Below, piece by piece: positions 1 to 7,389 of a stretch of DNA of 45,152 nucleotides. The first letter of the stretch is position 1, and each line of letters begins with the position of its first letter. Source of the stretch: an uncultured Peptococcaceae bacterium (GTDB taxonomy: Bacteria; Bacillota; UBA994); the NCBI GenBank assembly GCA_964349715.1, contig CAYGHR010000004.1:1-45152 (forward strand), in the 5' to 3' direction. Both the position numbers and the translations under genes were made by a program. The notes under the pieces were generated by a model. That model was not told the origin of the DNA. It worked only from the letters and a program-made list of their open reading frames with translations, and made no database searches.

Positions 1-60
1 CGGTAAGGCACGGGACTTTGACTCCCGCATGCGTTGGTTCAAATCCAGCCGCCCCTGCCA
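1..60 (+). tRNA. tRNA-Gln(UUG), 5' end cut by window edge
   Basis: Anticodon stem-loop CGGGA-CTTTGAC-TCCCG (nt 11-27). T arm GTTGG-TTCAAAT-CCAGC, acceptor 3' strand, discriminator G, encoded CCA at 58-60. Core closely resembles Bacillus tRNA-Gln as I recall it. Confidence 0.85.
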
Positions 61-131
61 TTTGTGAAGTGAGATGTGAGAAATGAGAAGTGAGAAATAG
101 CGATGTGAGAAGGGTCTCACGTCCCAAACAC

Positions 132-206
132 GGGCCATTAGCTCAGCGGTAGAGCACCCGCCTTTTAAGCGGGGTGCCGATGGTTCGAGTCCATCATGGC
201 CCACCA
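132..206 (+). tRNA. tRNA-Lys(UUU)
   Basis: Acceptor GGGCCAT/ATGGCCC. D arm GCTC..GAGC. Anticodon stem-loop CCCGC-CTTTTAA-GCGGG. T arm GATGG-TTCGAGT-CCATC. Encoded CCA. Confidence 0.9.
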
Positions 207-215
207 ACAACACAC

Positions 216-301
216 GCGAGGATGGCGGAATTGGCAGACGCGCTAGACTTAGGATCTAGTACTCAAAAGGTGTAAGGGTTCGACTCCCTTTCCTCGCACC
301 A
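216..301 (+). tRNA. tRNA-Leu(UAG), class II with long variable arm
   Basis: Acceptor GCGAGGA/TCCTCGC. Anticodon stem-loop CTAGA-CTTAGGA-TCTAG. Long variable arm. T arm with GGTTCGACTCC. Encoded CCA. Confidence 0.9.
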
Positions 302-313
302 ACCCCAAACATC

Positions 314-340
314 AAGGACCTTACGGGGTCCTTTTTCTTT
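314..340 (+). terminator. Rho-independent terminator of the tRNA cluster
   Basis: Stem AAGGACC / GGTCCTT with a 6-nt loop, followed by TTTCTTT. Sits between the convergent tRNA operon and ndk. Confidence 0.7.
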
Positions 341-391
341 GTTCGGTGCGCAAAGTCTGCAGGTAAGCTGCAAACCCTTGCGGCCGTGAGT

Positions 392-847
392 CTAATCATC
401 GCGATAGACCCACGCTAGGAGTGCCTGCTCATACGAGGCGAGCTCCTCGGGGGCAAAATACAAGGCAATCTCCCTCGCCGCGGCCTCCGGGCTGTCGGCT
501 GCGTGCACGAGGTTTCGCCCCTTAGACAGACCGAAGTCCCCGCGAATCGTGCCCGTTTGTGCTTCCGCCGGGTCGGTCTTGCCGATTAGGCTCCGCAACA
601 CCCCCACCGCACGGTGCCCTTGTACGCACAGCGCCACCACCGGTCCGCTGGTAATGTACTCGACGAGCTTTACGTAGAAGTGCTTGCCCTCATGCTCGGC
701 GTAGTGCAGGGCTGCGAGTTCGGGGCTCACTGTCAGGAGCTTCATCCCCACAACTTGCAACCCCTTGCGCTCAATCCTAGAGATCACCTCGCCCATTAGT
801 CCCCTTTGTACTGCATCAGGTTTGATGAGACATAGCGTTCTTTCCAT
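392..847 (-). CDS. ndk: nucleoside-diphosphate kinase
   Basis: 151 aa. N-terminus [13 protein letters not shown], then GPVVA...RGDFG...N.VH motif layout typical of NDK. SD GGGAGG upstream of the ATG. Confidence 0.93.
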   Translation of the reverse strand: MERTLCLIKPDAVQRGLMGEVISRIERKGLQVVGMKLLTVSPELAALHYAEHEGKHFYVKLVEYITSGPVVALCVQGHRAVGVLRSLIGKTDPAEAQTGTIRGDFGLSKGRNLVHAADSPEAAAREIALYFAPEELASYEQALLAWVYRDD

Positions 848-917
848 GGATAACCTCCCTTCTCTGTGACGTGTCGCTGCCCCCTGTCGCCTACGGCTAG
901 GGAAGCGAGGCCCCTAG

Positions 918-1358
918 TTAAGGCGCTTCCTCACATAGTTTCTTGATCGCCGCGAGCATACCTTCACTGTTCTCGCGCACTTTTTTCTTAAGCAACGGAT
1001 TAAGCAAGGTCGCAATCATAGGTATGCCGAACTCAAAGTCTACCGTCAGCAGAACATTGACACCGCCTTCGTTTTCGCTGAGCTGCCAATGGCCTGCAAA
1101 CTTCTTGAGGTCGCCGCTCACTTGGGTGTATTCGATGCGATAGTCGGCGGGATAGAAAACGTCGCGCTCGCGCCAAGCGATTACACGCCCATCCACATTG
1201 CTGACCCACTTGCTGATGGTCGTGTTGTCGGCTCTTTCTTCGATGTCCACGCTAACCAAGTTAGGCATAAACTTTGGGTAGTTCGCCATATCAGCCACAA
1301 CGGGCCATATTTTATTGATGTCGCCCTTAATAGTGGTCGTAACTTCAACGTACGGCAT
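918..1358 (-). CDS. SRPBCC-superfamily protein (polyketide cyclase/dehydrase-like START fold), substrate unknown
   Basis: 146 aa. Size and pattern (W-P-V..D...YP.F.P; FAGHWQL; C-terminal helix) fit the cyclase/dehydrase family. SD GAGGAG upstream of the ATG. Lies 14 nt downstream of the aminotransferase. Confidence 0.65.
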   Translation of the reverse strand: MPYVEVTTTIKGDINKIWPVVADMANYPKFMPNLVSVDIEERADNTTISKWVSNVDGRVIAWRERDVFYPADYRIEYTQVSGDLKKFAGHWQLSENEGGVNVLLTVDFEFGIPMIATLLNPLLKKKVRENSEGMLAAIKKLCEEAP

Positions 1359-1372
1359 CTAATTCACTCCTC

Positions 1373-2635
1373 TCAAATATCCTCGGCGAGGCCGACTGCC
1401 GCCTCGATAATCTGCCCCCATACAGCAATCGCCCGTTCTACCTCAGGCGCGGTAATCACTAGGGGTGGCTCTATGCGGATGACTTTAGGGTTGTTCAGGG
1501 TGTAGGCCGCGAGAATCTTGTTGTTGACCAGCTCAGATATGGCGAAGCCGGCATAACCCGCATCGGTAAACTCAATGCCAATAATCAGGCCCTGCCCGCG
1601 CACCTCGGCGACTACAGTGGGAAATCTCGCTTGCATCGCGCGCAAAGCCGAAAGGAACCTGTCACCCATGACAGCGGCGTTGCGGCACAGGTCTTCTTCC
1701 AGCGTGACTTTAATCGCGGCGATGGCAGCTGCGCAGGCCAAAGGGTTACCGCCAAAGGTTGAAGTATGTAAGAAGGGTGCCTCGATAAAACTTTGCCATA
1801 GTGCAGGCCGCGCCACAATCGCCCCAATCGGCATTACCCCACCGCCAAGTGCTTTCGCCAAGCACAGTATATCCGGTACCACGCCCTCGTGCTCTACGGC
1901 GAACAACTTCCCCGTGCGGCCCATGCCGGTCTGCACCTCGTCCACGATAAGCAGAACACCCCTGCGGTCGCATATCTCGCGCAGCGCCGTAAGGTATCCG
2001 TGAGGCGGTACAACTACGCCGCCCTCGCCCTGGATGGGTTCGACAATTACGGCTGCGGTCTCCGCGTCGATTGCTGCTTCAACCGCATTGGCATCCCCGA
2101 ACGGCACGTGACCAAAGCCGTTAAGCAAGGGTTGGAAGGGCTTGCGGAAAACTTCGCGCCCTGTCGCGCTCAGCGCGCCTAAGGACTTGCCGTGAAATGC
2201 CCCCTGCGTCGATATAATGCCCTGCTTGCCGGTAGCCACCTTGGCGAGCTTTATCGCTGCCTCCACAGCCTCGGTCCCGCTGTTGCCGAAAAACGAATAC
2301 TGCAGGTCGCCTGGTGTCACTTCGGCTAAGAGCTCCGCTAAGTCGGCCATGGGCCGATTAAGCAGAATCTTGGTGGGCATGGCCATGCGGTCAAGTTGCT
2401 CCTTTACCGCCGCAACAACCCTTGGGTGCGAGTGGCCAACCCCATACATCCCGTATCCACCCAACAAGTCGAGATACTCCTCGCCCTTAATGTCGGTGAC
2501 GGTACTCCCCCGCGCGCTGTGCTCCACAGTAGCGAGGCCCATGTAGCGGAACAGCTTGGCTAATCCCGGGTTTACGTATTGCTCGTACTTGGCAATAGTT
2601 TCTTCTGCCACCGCATGTGTGCGATCGTTTTCCAC
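1373..2635 (-). CDS. class-III PLP-dependent aminotransferase (putrescine/acetylornithine/GABA-type)
   Basis: Strong class-III pattern: GGYG..GVGHSHP, GSEAVE.A.K, DEVQTG.GRTG, FGGNP. I place the start at GTG 2635, 7 nt after SD GGGGAGGGG. The ORF-track extension to 2731 has no SD. Confidence 0.88.
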   Translation of the reverse strand: MENDRTHAVAEETIAKYEQYVNPGLAKLFRYMGLATVEHSARGSTVTDIKGEEYLDLLGGYGMYGVGHSHPRVVAAVKEQLDRMAMPTKILLNRPMADLAELLAEVTPGDLQYSFFGNSGTEAVEAAIKLAKVATGKQGIISTQGAFHGKSLGALSATGREVFRKPFQPLLNGFGHVPFGDANAVEAAIDAETAAVIVEPIQGEGGVVVPPHGYLTALREICDRRGVLLIVDEVQTGMGRTGKLFAVEHEGVVPDILCLAKALGGGVMPIGAIVARPALWQSFIEAPFLHTSTFGGNPLACAAAIAAIKVTLEEDLCRNAAVMGDRFLSALRAMQARFPTVVAEVRGQGLIIGIEFTDAGYAGFAISELVNNKILAAYTLNNPKVIRIEPPLVITAPEVERAIAVWGQIIEAAVGLAEDI

Positions 2636-2759
2636 AGTTTCCCCTCCCCATAAAGTTCGTGAGAGACTAAGCGATGCCTTCCCTACACGGAAATTCATCT
2701 CAAATCGAATTGTACACCACATCGTGCACAAAGAAAAGCGCGCGCAAGCGAAATGAGAG

Positions 2760-2799
2760 GTCTTCGATGCTCATCCGAAGACCTCTCATGCTAGGCGGT
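2760..2799 (-). terminator. perfect 14-bp hairpin downstream of tRNA-Pro (probable terminator)
   Basis: ATGAGAGGTCTTCG (2763-2776) pairs with CGAAGACCTCTCAT (2786-2799) around a 9-nt loop. Only a short TTT follows on the - strand, so the U-tract is weak. Confidence 0.5.
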
Positions 2800-2822
2800 T
2801 AGTGCCAAACAGACCTAAAGAA

Positions 2823-2900
2823 TGGTCGGGCTGACAGGACTTGAACCTGCGGCCTCATGCACCCCAAGCATGCGCGCTAGCCAAACTGCGCTACAGCCCG
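2823..2900 (-). tRNA. tRNA-Pro(GGG)
   Basis: Reverse complement gives acceptor CGGGCTG/CAGCCCG, anticodon stem-loop CATGC-TTGGGGT-GCATG, T arm with GGTTCAAGTCC, and encoded CCA. Confidence 0.88.
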
Positions 2901-2910
2901 ACGCTTGATT

Positions 2911-2939
2911 ATTATAGCCTAGAAACTCGCGTTGCGCAA
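2911..2939 (-). promoter_or_regulatory. sigmaA-type promoter for tRNA-Pro
   Basis: On the - strand: TTGCGC (2939-2934), 17-nt spacer, TATAAT (2916-2911). The tRNA 5' end is 10 nt downstream. Confidence 0.6.
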
Positions 2940-2940
2940 C

Positions 2941-3720
2941 CTAAATTGCGCTCCAGACAAATTCCTCCGGATGCGTCAAGAATCTTAACTTATCCGGCGC
3001 CTTCTGTATCAGCGCATACATCGGTGCGCCGCAGAAGAGGCCGAACGCAGGATAATCAGACACCGCCGCGTATCTAAGCGGAGGGGCGAGTTTGTACCTC
3101 GGGTTGAGTGTCCACTGCGGACGACCTCCCCTGCTCTGTAGGTAATACGCTCCCCCCCGAAGTTCCCGTATCTCACCATAAACAGAAGAGAACTCCCCGG
3201 CTACCCAGTTCGCCATTACCAGCGGGAGTGTGCCGGCATTGATGGTGACATGTCCATACCCCGGCGGAATAACCAACTTCTCGCCGGGCTTTACCAGGCA
3301 AACCACAACATCCTCCACTGCACCGCGCACCTCGCCCGAGCGCTGTAAAAGGTAAGTAGCCTCGCCATGGAGCACCTCGTACACCTCCGGGTATGTATAC
3401 GTAGTTCCCTCCTTCACAGGATGATAATGCCCCACCGTCTTGTTGTATTCGCGCCCAACTAACCCCGGTGGAATGAGCGTAAGGTCAAATCTAAGTCCGT
3501 GTTGCGCCAAGGTTCCCCTGTCGCCCGCTTGCGCCACGTCGCGGTACATGTAGTAGAGCTCGTCCATACCCGGCGCATCCTCATCCGCAAAGGCATACCG
3601 CGCCTCCGGCAGCCGCCGACAGCTCATCTCCATCGGTGCCAATCCGCCGCCAAACACAACCTTGAAGCCGTCGAACCCTAAGGGTAGCCCAGCTACCGTA
3701 CTAAGATCTACCATTCCCAT
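2941..3720 (-). CDS. cupin-type (archaeal-like) glucose-6-phosphate isomerase family protein
   Basis: Cupin motifs GHYH..(x)..EVYEVL.G and PPGYGHVTIN match my memory of cupin PGI (PF06560-like). Start placed at an ATG after SD GGGTGAGG; it could be 3714 or 3744. Confidence 0.7.
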   Translation of the reverse strand: MGMVDLSTVAGLPLGFDGFKVVFGGGLAPMEMSCRRLPEARYAFADEDAPGMDELYYMYRDVAQAGDRGTLAQHGLRFDLTLIPPGLVGREYNKTVGHYHPVKEGTTYTYPEVYEVLHGEATYLLQRSGEVRGAVEDVVVCLVKPGEKLVIPPGYGHVTINAGTLPLVMANWVAGEFSSVYGEIRELRGGAYYLQSRGGRPQWTLNPRYKLAPPLRYAAVSDYPAFGLFCGAPMYALIQKAPDKLRFLTHPEEFVWSAI

Positions 3721-3769
3721 CCTCACCCTTTTGTTGACGCACACTCACCGCGCCGCGTCCAATTCCTAC

Positions 3770-4627
3770 CTACTTCAAGAACTTCGTCAATAACGCTGTA
3801 ACCTGCGCCTTCAGTTCCGGCCGACTCACAGCCATGCCGATATTGGCTTCCAATAGGCCCAGGGGGGTCCCCGTGTCAAAACGCGTACCGACGAACTCAC
3901 ACGCGCGCACGGGCAACCCCGCCTTAATCATGGACGCGAGAGCGTCAGTCAACTGCAGCTCGCCGCCTGCACCGGGGCTAATCCGCTCTAAATGCGCGAA
4001 CACATCGGGCTGTAACAGGTACCGCCCCACTACCGCCAAATCGCTTGGCGCATCATCGGGATGAGGCTTCTCGATTATCCCGTTCACCAGTCCCGTGTCT
4101 GCATCTATGCTCACTACGCCGTACTTCTCTGTATCTTCGCGCGGGACCCGCTGCACCGCAATCACCGATTCGTGCGCCTGCCGGAGCATCGCCGTGAGCT
4201 GCATACACACCGGGACTTCACTCAGTATCAGGTCATCGGGCAACAACACAAAGAAAGGCCCCCTGTCGGCAAAGCTCCGGGCACATCGCACTGCATGCCC
4301 AAGTCCTAAGGCCTGCTGCTGCCGCACAAACGAAACGCGTGCGAGCATTGTGGGGTTCAAAACCTTCATCAGCGCCTCCCGCTTACCGCGCGCCTCAAGG
4401 ATACCCTCTAACTCCGGCAAACGATCAAAGTGGTCTGCGAGCGCGGTCTTGCCCCGCGCGGTGATGATTAGCACCTCGGTCGCACCGCTCTGAGCCGCTT
4501 CTTCCACCACATACTGAATCGCGGGTTTGTCCACTACCGGCACCATTTCCTTGGGTATGGCTTTGGCGGCAGGCAGCAAGCGTGTGCCAAAGCCTGCGGC
4601 GGGAATTACTGCGCGGCGTATAGTCAT
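3770..4627 (-). CDS. galU: UTP--glucose-1-phosphate uridylyltransferase
   Basis: N-terminal AVIPAAGFGTRLLPAAKAIPKEM and VEEA..SG motifs. SD AAGGAGGTG upstream of the ATG. Confidence 0.92.
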   Translation of the reverse strand: MTIRRAVIPAAGFGTRLLPAAKAIPKEMVPVVDKPAIQYVVEEAAQSGATEVLIITARGKTALADHFDRLPELEGILEARGKREALMKVLNPTMLARVSFVRQQQALGLGHAVRCARSFADRGPFFVLLPDDLILSEVPVCMQLTAMLRQAHESVIAVQRVPREDTEKYGVVSIDADTGLVNGIIEKPHPDDAPSDLAVVGRYLLQPDVFAHLERISPGAGGELQLTDALASMIKAGLPVRACEFVGTRFDTGTPLGLLEANIGMAVSRPELKAQVTALLTKFLK

Positions 4628-4712
4628 GGACGCACCTCCTTACAATCTCATTCTCCACAAGGAAAGGCTTCTCCTGCTACGGCTGGAAAGGCCTTGTCCT
4701 CACATTGACGTG

Positions 4713-4745
4713 CAAAAAGTACAGCTTGGCAAAGCTGCACTTTTG
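4713..4745 (-). terminator. Rho-independent terminator after spoIVA (bidirectional shape)
   Basis: Stem GTACAGCTT / AAGCTGCAC (one G-A mismatch) with loop GGCA. Flanked by a T-run on both strands (TTTTTG on the - strand). Confidence 0.65.
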
Positions 4746-4766
4746 TCGGTGATATGTGCCTAGAGA

Positions 4767-6245
4767 TTAGAGAATGATGGCGATCAGGCCGCCGCTGCCT
4801 TCGTTGATGATCCGCTGCAGGCACTCCCTAAGCTTCTCTTGCGCGTTGTCCGGCATGGTAAGGAGTTTGTTTTGAATCCCATCGCGCACGAGGTGGTGCA
4901 ATGACTTGCCGAAGATGTTGGCCTCCCAGAGCTTTTCGGGGTTAGCTTCGAACTCGTCAACGAGGTATTTGATGAGCTCCTCGCTTTGCTTCTCGGTGCC
5001 GACAATGGGAGCAACCTCAGACTCCACATCCACGCGGATAATGTGAAACGACGGGGCGCTCGCGCGCAGTCTCACGCCGAAGCGGTTACCTTGGCGGATG
5101 ATGTCCGGCTGATCAAGCGACATTTCCTCTAAACTTGGCGGGGCGATACCATAGCCATCGTTGCGCGCGCTTCGGAAGGCCTCGCGGATGCGGTCATATT
5201 CGCGGTTAGACTGCGTAAGTACGCGCATCAGCCTCAGAATGGTGTCCTGGCCTCGGATCTCTTGGCCGGCCGCCTCGGACAGGGCGTCATAATAGAGGTG
5301 CTCCGGAGTGGTGACCTCCACGTTGGCCACACCTTTAGCTAGGTCCATGTTCTGCAGGAGAACGTCCTGCACCGCGTCGCAGAGACTAAGTTCCTCAATG
5401 AGGGCGTCAATGTCCCGCAGTCTCTTTACGAGCTTCACACCGTCGGAAACAGCTTCCTCGAGCCGAGCTCTAAGCCAATGCCTGCTGTCCAATACCGTTA
5501 CCCATGCGGGTAGAGCTACGTTAGCCTCGCGCACCGGGAACTCGTACAGCGCTTCTTTTAAGATGGTGGCTACGTCTTCCTCCGTCATTTTTGCGCAATT
5601 GACGGGCAAAACCGCTACGCCGTACTTGGCTTCTAGCTCATCGCGCAGCAAGAGTGTGTCCGGGTTAGTAGGCTGGCTGGAATTCAGAAGGAGCAAAAAG
5701 GGTTTGCTTAGCTCGCGAAGTTCGTTAACTACGCGTTCTTCAGCCGGAACAAACTCGGCCCGTGCCAGGTCGGAAAAGGAACCGTCGGTTGTAACCACAA
5801 TACCTACCGTCGAGTGCTCTTCTATCACTTTCTGCGTGCCCATTTCGGCCGCCTCTTCAAAAGTGACGGGCTCAGCCAGCCAAGGTGTTTGTACCATGCG
5901 CGGGCCGTTTTCGTCCATGTAACCGCGCGCACCTTTCACGGTGTAGCCCACGCAGTCCACCAGTCGCACTCGAGCGGCGAGGCCGGGGGATAGTGCCAGC
6001 TCGACCGCCTCGTCGGGGATGAACTTAGGCTCCACCGTCATAATTGTACGCCCGGCACCGCTTTGCGGTAGCTCGTCACGCGTGCGTTCCCTAACATGCT
6101 CATCGTCTATGTTAGGGAGCACGACTAGCTCCATGAACCGCTTGATGAAGGTAGATTTGCCGCTGCGGACTGGACCCACAATGCCGAGGTATATATCTCC
6201 GCCCGTACGCTCAGCAATGTCCTTGAGTAAATCGAACTTCTCCAT
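4767..6245 (-). CDS. spoIVA: stage IV sporulation protein A (spore-coat basement-layer ATPase)
   Basis: MEKFDLLKDIAERTGGDIYLGIVGPVRSGKSTFIKRF is almost identical to the canonical SpoIVA N-terminus with its Walker A. Start at ATG 6245 after SD GGGGGAG; the ORF-track start at 6275 is an extension. Confidence 0.95.
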   Translation of the reverse strand: MEKFDLLKDIAERTGGDIYLGIVGPVRSGKSTFIKRFMELVVLPNIDDEHVRERTRDELPQSGAGRTIMTVEPKFIPDEAVELALSPGLAARVRLVDCVGYTVKGARGYMDENGPRMVQTPWLAEPVTFEEAAEMGTQKVIEEHSTVGIVVTTDGSFSDLARAEFVPAEERVVNELRELSKPFLLLLNSSQPTNPDTLLLRDELEAKYGVAVLPVNCAKMTEEDVATILKEALYEFPVREANVALPAWVTVLDSRHWLRARLEEAVSDGVKLVKRLRDIDALIEELSLCDAVQDVLLQNMDLAKGVANVEVTTPEHLYYDALSEAAGQEIRGQDTILRLMRVLTQSNREYDRIREAFRSARNDGYGIAPPSLEEMSLDQPDIIRQGNRFGVRLRASAPSFHIIRVDVESEVAPIVGTEKQSEELIKYLVDEFEANPEKLWEANIFGKSLHHLVRDGIQNKLLTMPDNAQEKLRECLQRIINEGSGGLIAIIL

Positions 6246-6308
6246 GTGCACCCGCTCCCCCCTCATTCCAAACATCGCAAGCCACCACCTGCAAGGCTTG
6301 GTCAGTAA

Positions 6309-6337
6309 AGTATATTCGGGAGCACAGCGGATATAAC
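6309..6337 (-). promoter_or_regulatory. candidate sigmaE-type promoter upstream of spoIVA
   Basis: The - strand reads GTTATAT ... AATATACT with about a 14-nt spacer. This loosely resembles the sigmaE consensus (ATA-containing -35, CATACA-T -10). Only a partial match. Confidence 0.25.
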
Positions 6338-6367
6338 CAGGCTTTTCTCGATTTAGCGGCGATAAGT

Positions 6368-7384
6368 CTACTTCGCAAATGCCGGCAGGTGTTCTTCCGT
6401 CTCGTTCTTTCTGTCTCGCGTCATGAGCTCCATGACGGCCTCGCGCGGATGGCGGTGATTGAATAAAACGTCATACAGAGCTTCCGTGATGGGCATTTCT
6501 ACGCCTTGAGCCTGTGCCAGTTGATAGGCTGCACGTGTTGTATTGACGCCCTCTATCACCATGGGGGTAGAGCCCTGCACTTCAGCGAGGTTCCTCCCCT
6601 GCCCTAACGCCAAGCCGGCGCGGCGGTTGCGGCTGTGAGCGCTAGTGCATGTCACTATTAAGTCGCCCATGCCTGATAGCCCGGCGAAAGTCGAAGTCTC
6701 AGCTCCCAAGGCTTTTCCTAGGCGCACTATTTCCGTCATGCCGCGCGTCATGAGCGCCGCCTTAGTGTTATCGCCGTACTCGAGTCCGTCAATTACACCT
6801 GCTGCCAGTGCAATTACATTCTTTAGGGCACCGCCTAGTTCAACACCAATGAGGTCGTGGTTGGTATAAACGCGGAAAGAGCCGGTCATGAGTATGCGCT
6901 GCGCGACTGACGCCACGAGCGCGTCCCCTGAAGCGACGACTGCTGCCGAGGGCATCCCCCGCGCTACCTCCAAAGCAATGTTAGGGCCCGATAGCACGGC
7001 AAGAGGATGACCTGTGCCAAGAACTTCCTGCAATACTGAGGACAAACGCATATTGGTGCCGAGCTCCAAGCCTTTTGCCGCACTAACTACCGGCGTACCC
7101 GACCGCAGGTGAAGACGGAGCAACTCGGCTGTACCCCGTACAAAGGCCGAGGGCACAGCGATAATTACCAAGTCGCACTCCGCGAAGCGAGCAAAAGTGC
7201 CGACTGGGGCAACATTTTGCGGCAGCAGAACTCCGGGGAGAAAGCTCGAGTTGGTGCGGCGGAGGAGAATTTCCTCGCGCACAGCATCCTCGCGCACCCA
7301 CACTACTACCTCATCTGCGTTTCTGGCGACTACGCAGGCCAGCGCCGTGCCCCACCCACCGCCGCCGAGAATACCTACGCGCAT
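6368..7384 (-). CDS. gpsA: NAD(P)H-dependent glycerol-3-phosphate dehydrogenase
   Basis: N-terminal GxGxxG (ILGGGGWGTALA), then GPN.A.E, LKNVIA.A.G and R.NR..G motifs. Sits next to der as in Bacillus. Confidence 0.93.
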   Translation of the reverse strand: MRVGILGGGGWGTALACVVARNADEVVVWVREDAVREEILLRRTNSSFLPGVLLPQNVAPVGTFARFAECDLVIIAVPSAFVRGTAELLRLHLRSGTPVVSAAKGLELGTNMRLSSVLQEVLGTGHPLAVLSGPNIALEVARGMPSAAVVASGDALVASVAQRILMTGSFRVYTNHDLIGVELGGALKNVIALAAGVIDGLEYGDNTKAALMTRGMTEIVRLGKALGAETSTFAGLSGMGDLIVTCTSAHSRNRRAGLALGQGRNLAEVQGSTPMVIEGVNTTRAAYQLAQAQGVEMPITEALYDVLFNHRHPREAVMELMTRDRKNETEEHLPAFAK

Positions 7385-7389
7385 AATGC

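Noticed and set aside
61-131. The repeated GTGAGA motif considered as a miniature CRISPR-like or minisatellite array.
   Set aside because: The units are 6-8 nt with irregular spacing and no spacer-repeat architecture. There are no cas genes. I kept it only as a low-interest tRNA-spacer observation.
918-1358. SRPBCC protein considered as a RatA-like toxin of a toxin-antitoxin pair.
   Set aside because: No small partner ORF is adjacent. It is coupled instead to an aminotransferase and ndk, and nothing in the sequence distinguishes it from generic cyclase/dehydrase-fold proteins.
2636-2756. Possible riboswitch or leader element upstream of the class-III aminotransferase.
   Set aside because: I could not recognise any known riboswitch or T-box core motifs (no specifier/T-box sequence, no conserved junction motifs) by eye. 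The region probably just contains a promoter (TACAAT-like -10) and an SD. Only an Rfam scan could settle this.
5308-5922. Long + strand ORFs in the track, for example 5308-5922 (204 aa), 32480-33112 (210 aa), 20615-21172 (185 aa), 39360-39923 (187 aa), 13401-13949 (182 aa) and many shorter ones.
   Set aside because: Each is fully nested antisense to a - strand gene with unmistakable family motifs. Their translations are Ser/Arg/Ala/Pro/Thr-rich low-complexity strings typical of shadow frames in GC-rich DNA. I saw no Shine-Dalgarno motifs in front of them.
6246-6275. N-terminal extensions offered by the ORF track for spoIVA, der (to 8754), ridA (to 18718), spmA (to 19840), dacB (to 20976), scpA (to 23286), dacF (to 31872), the class I/II aminotransferase (to 36997), the OFOR alpha and beta subunits, buk (to 44263) and the P-loop gene (to 43194).
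   Set aside because: In each case an internal start codon is preceded by a good SD. That start also matches the conserved N-terminus of the family or forms a 1-4 nt stop/start overlap. The extensions lack an SD and overlap the upstream gene.
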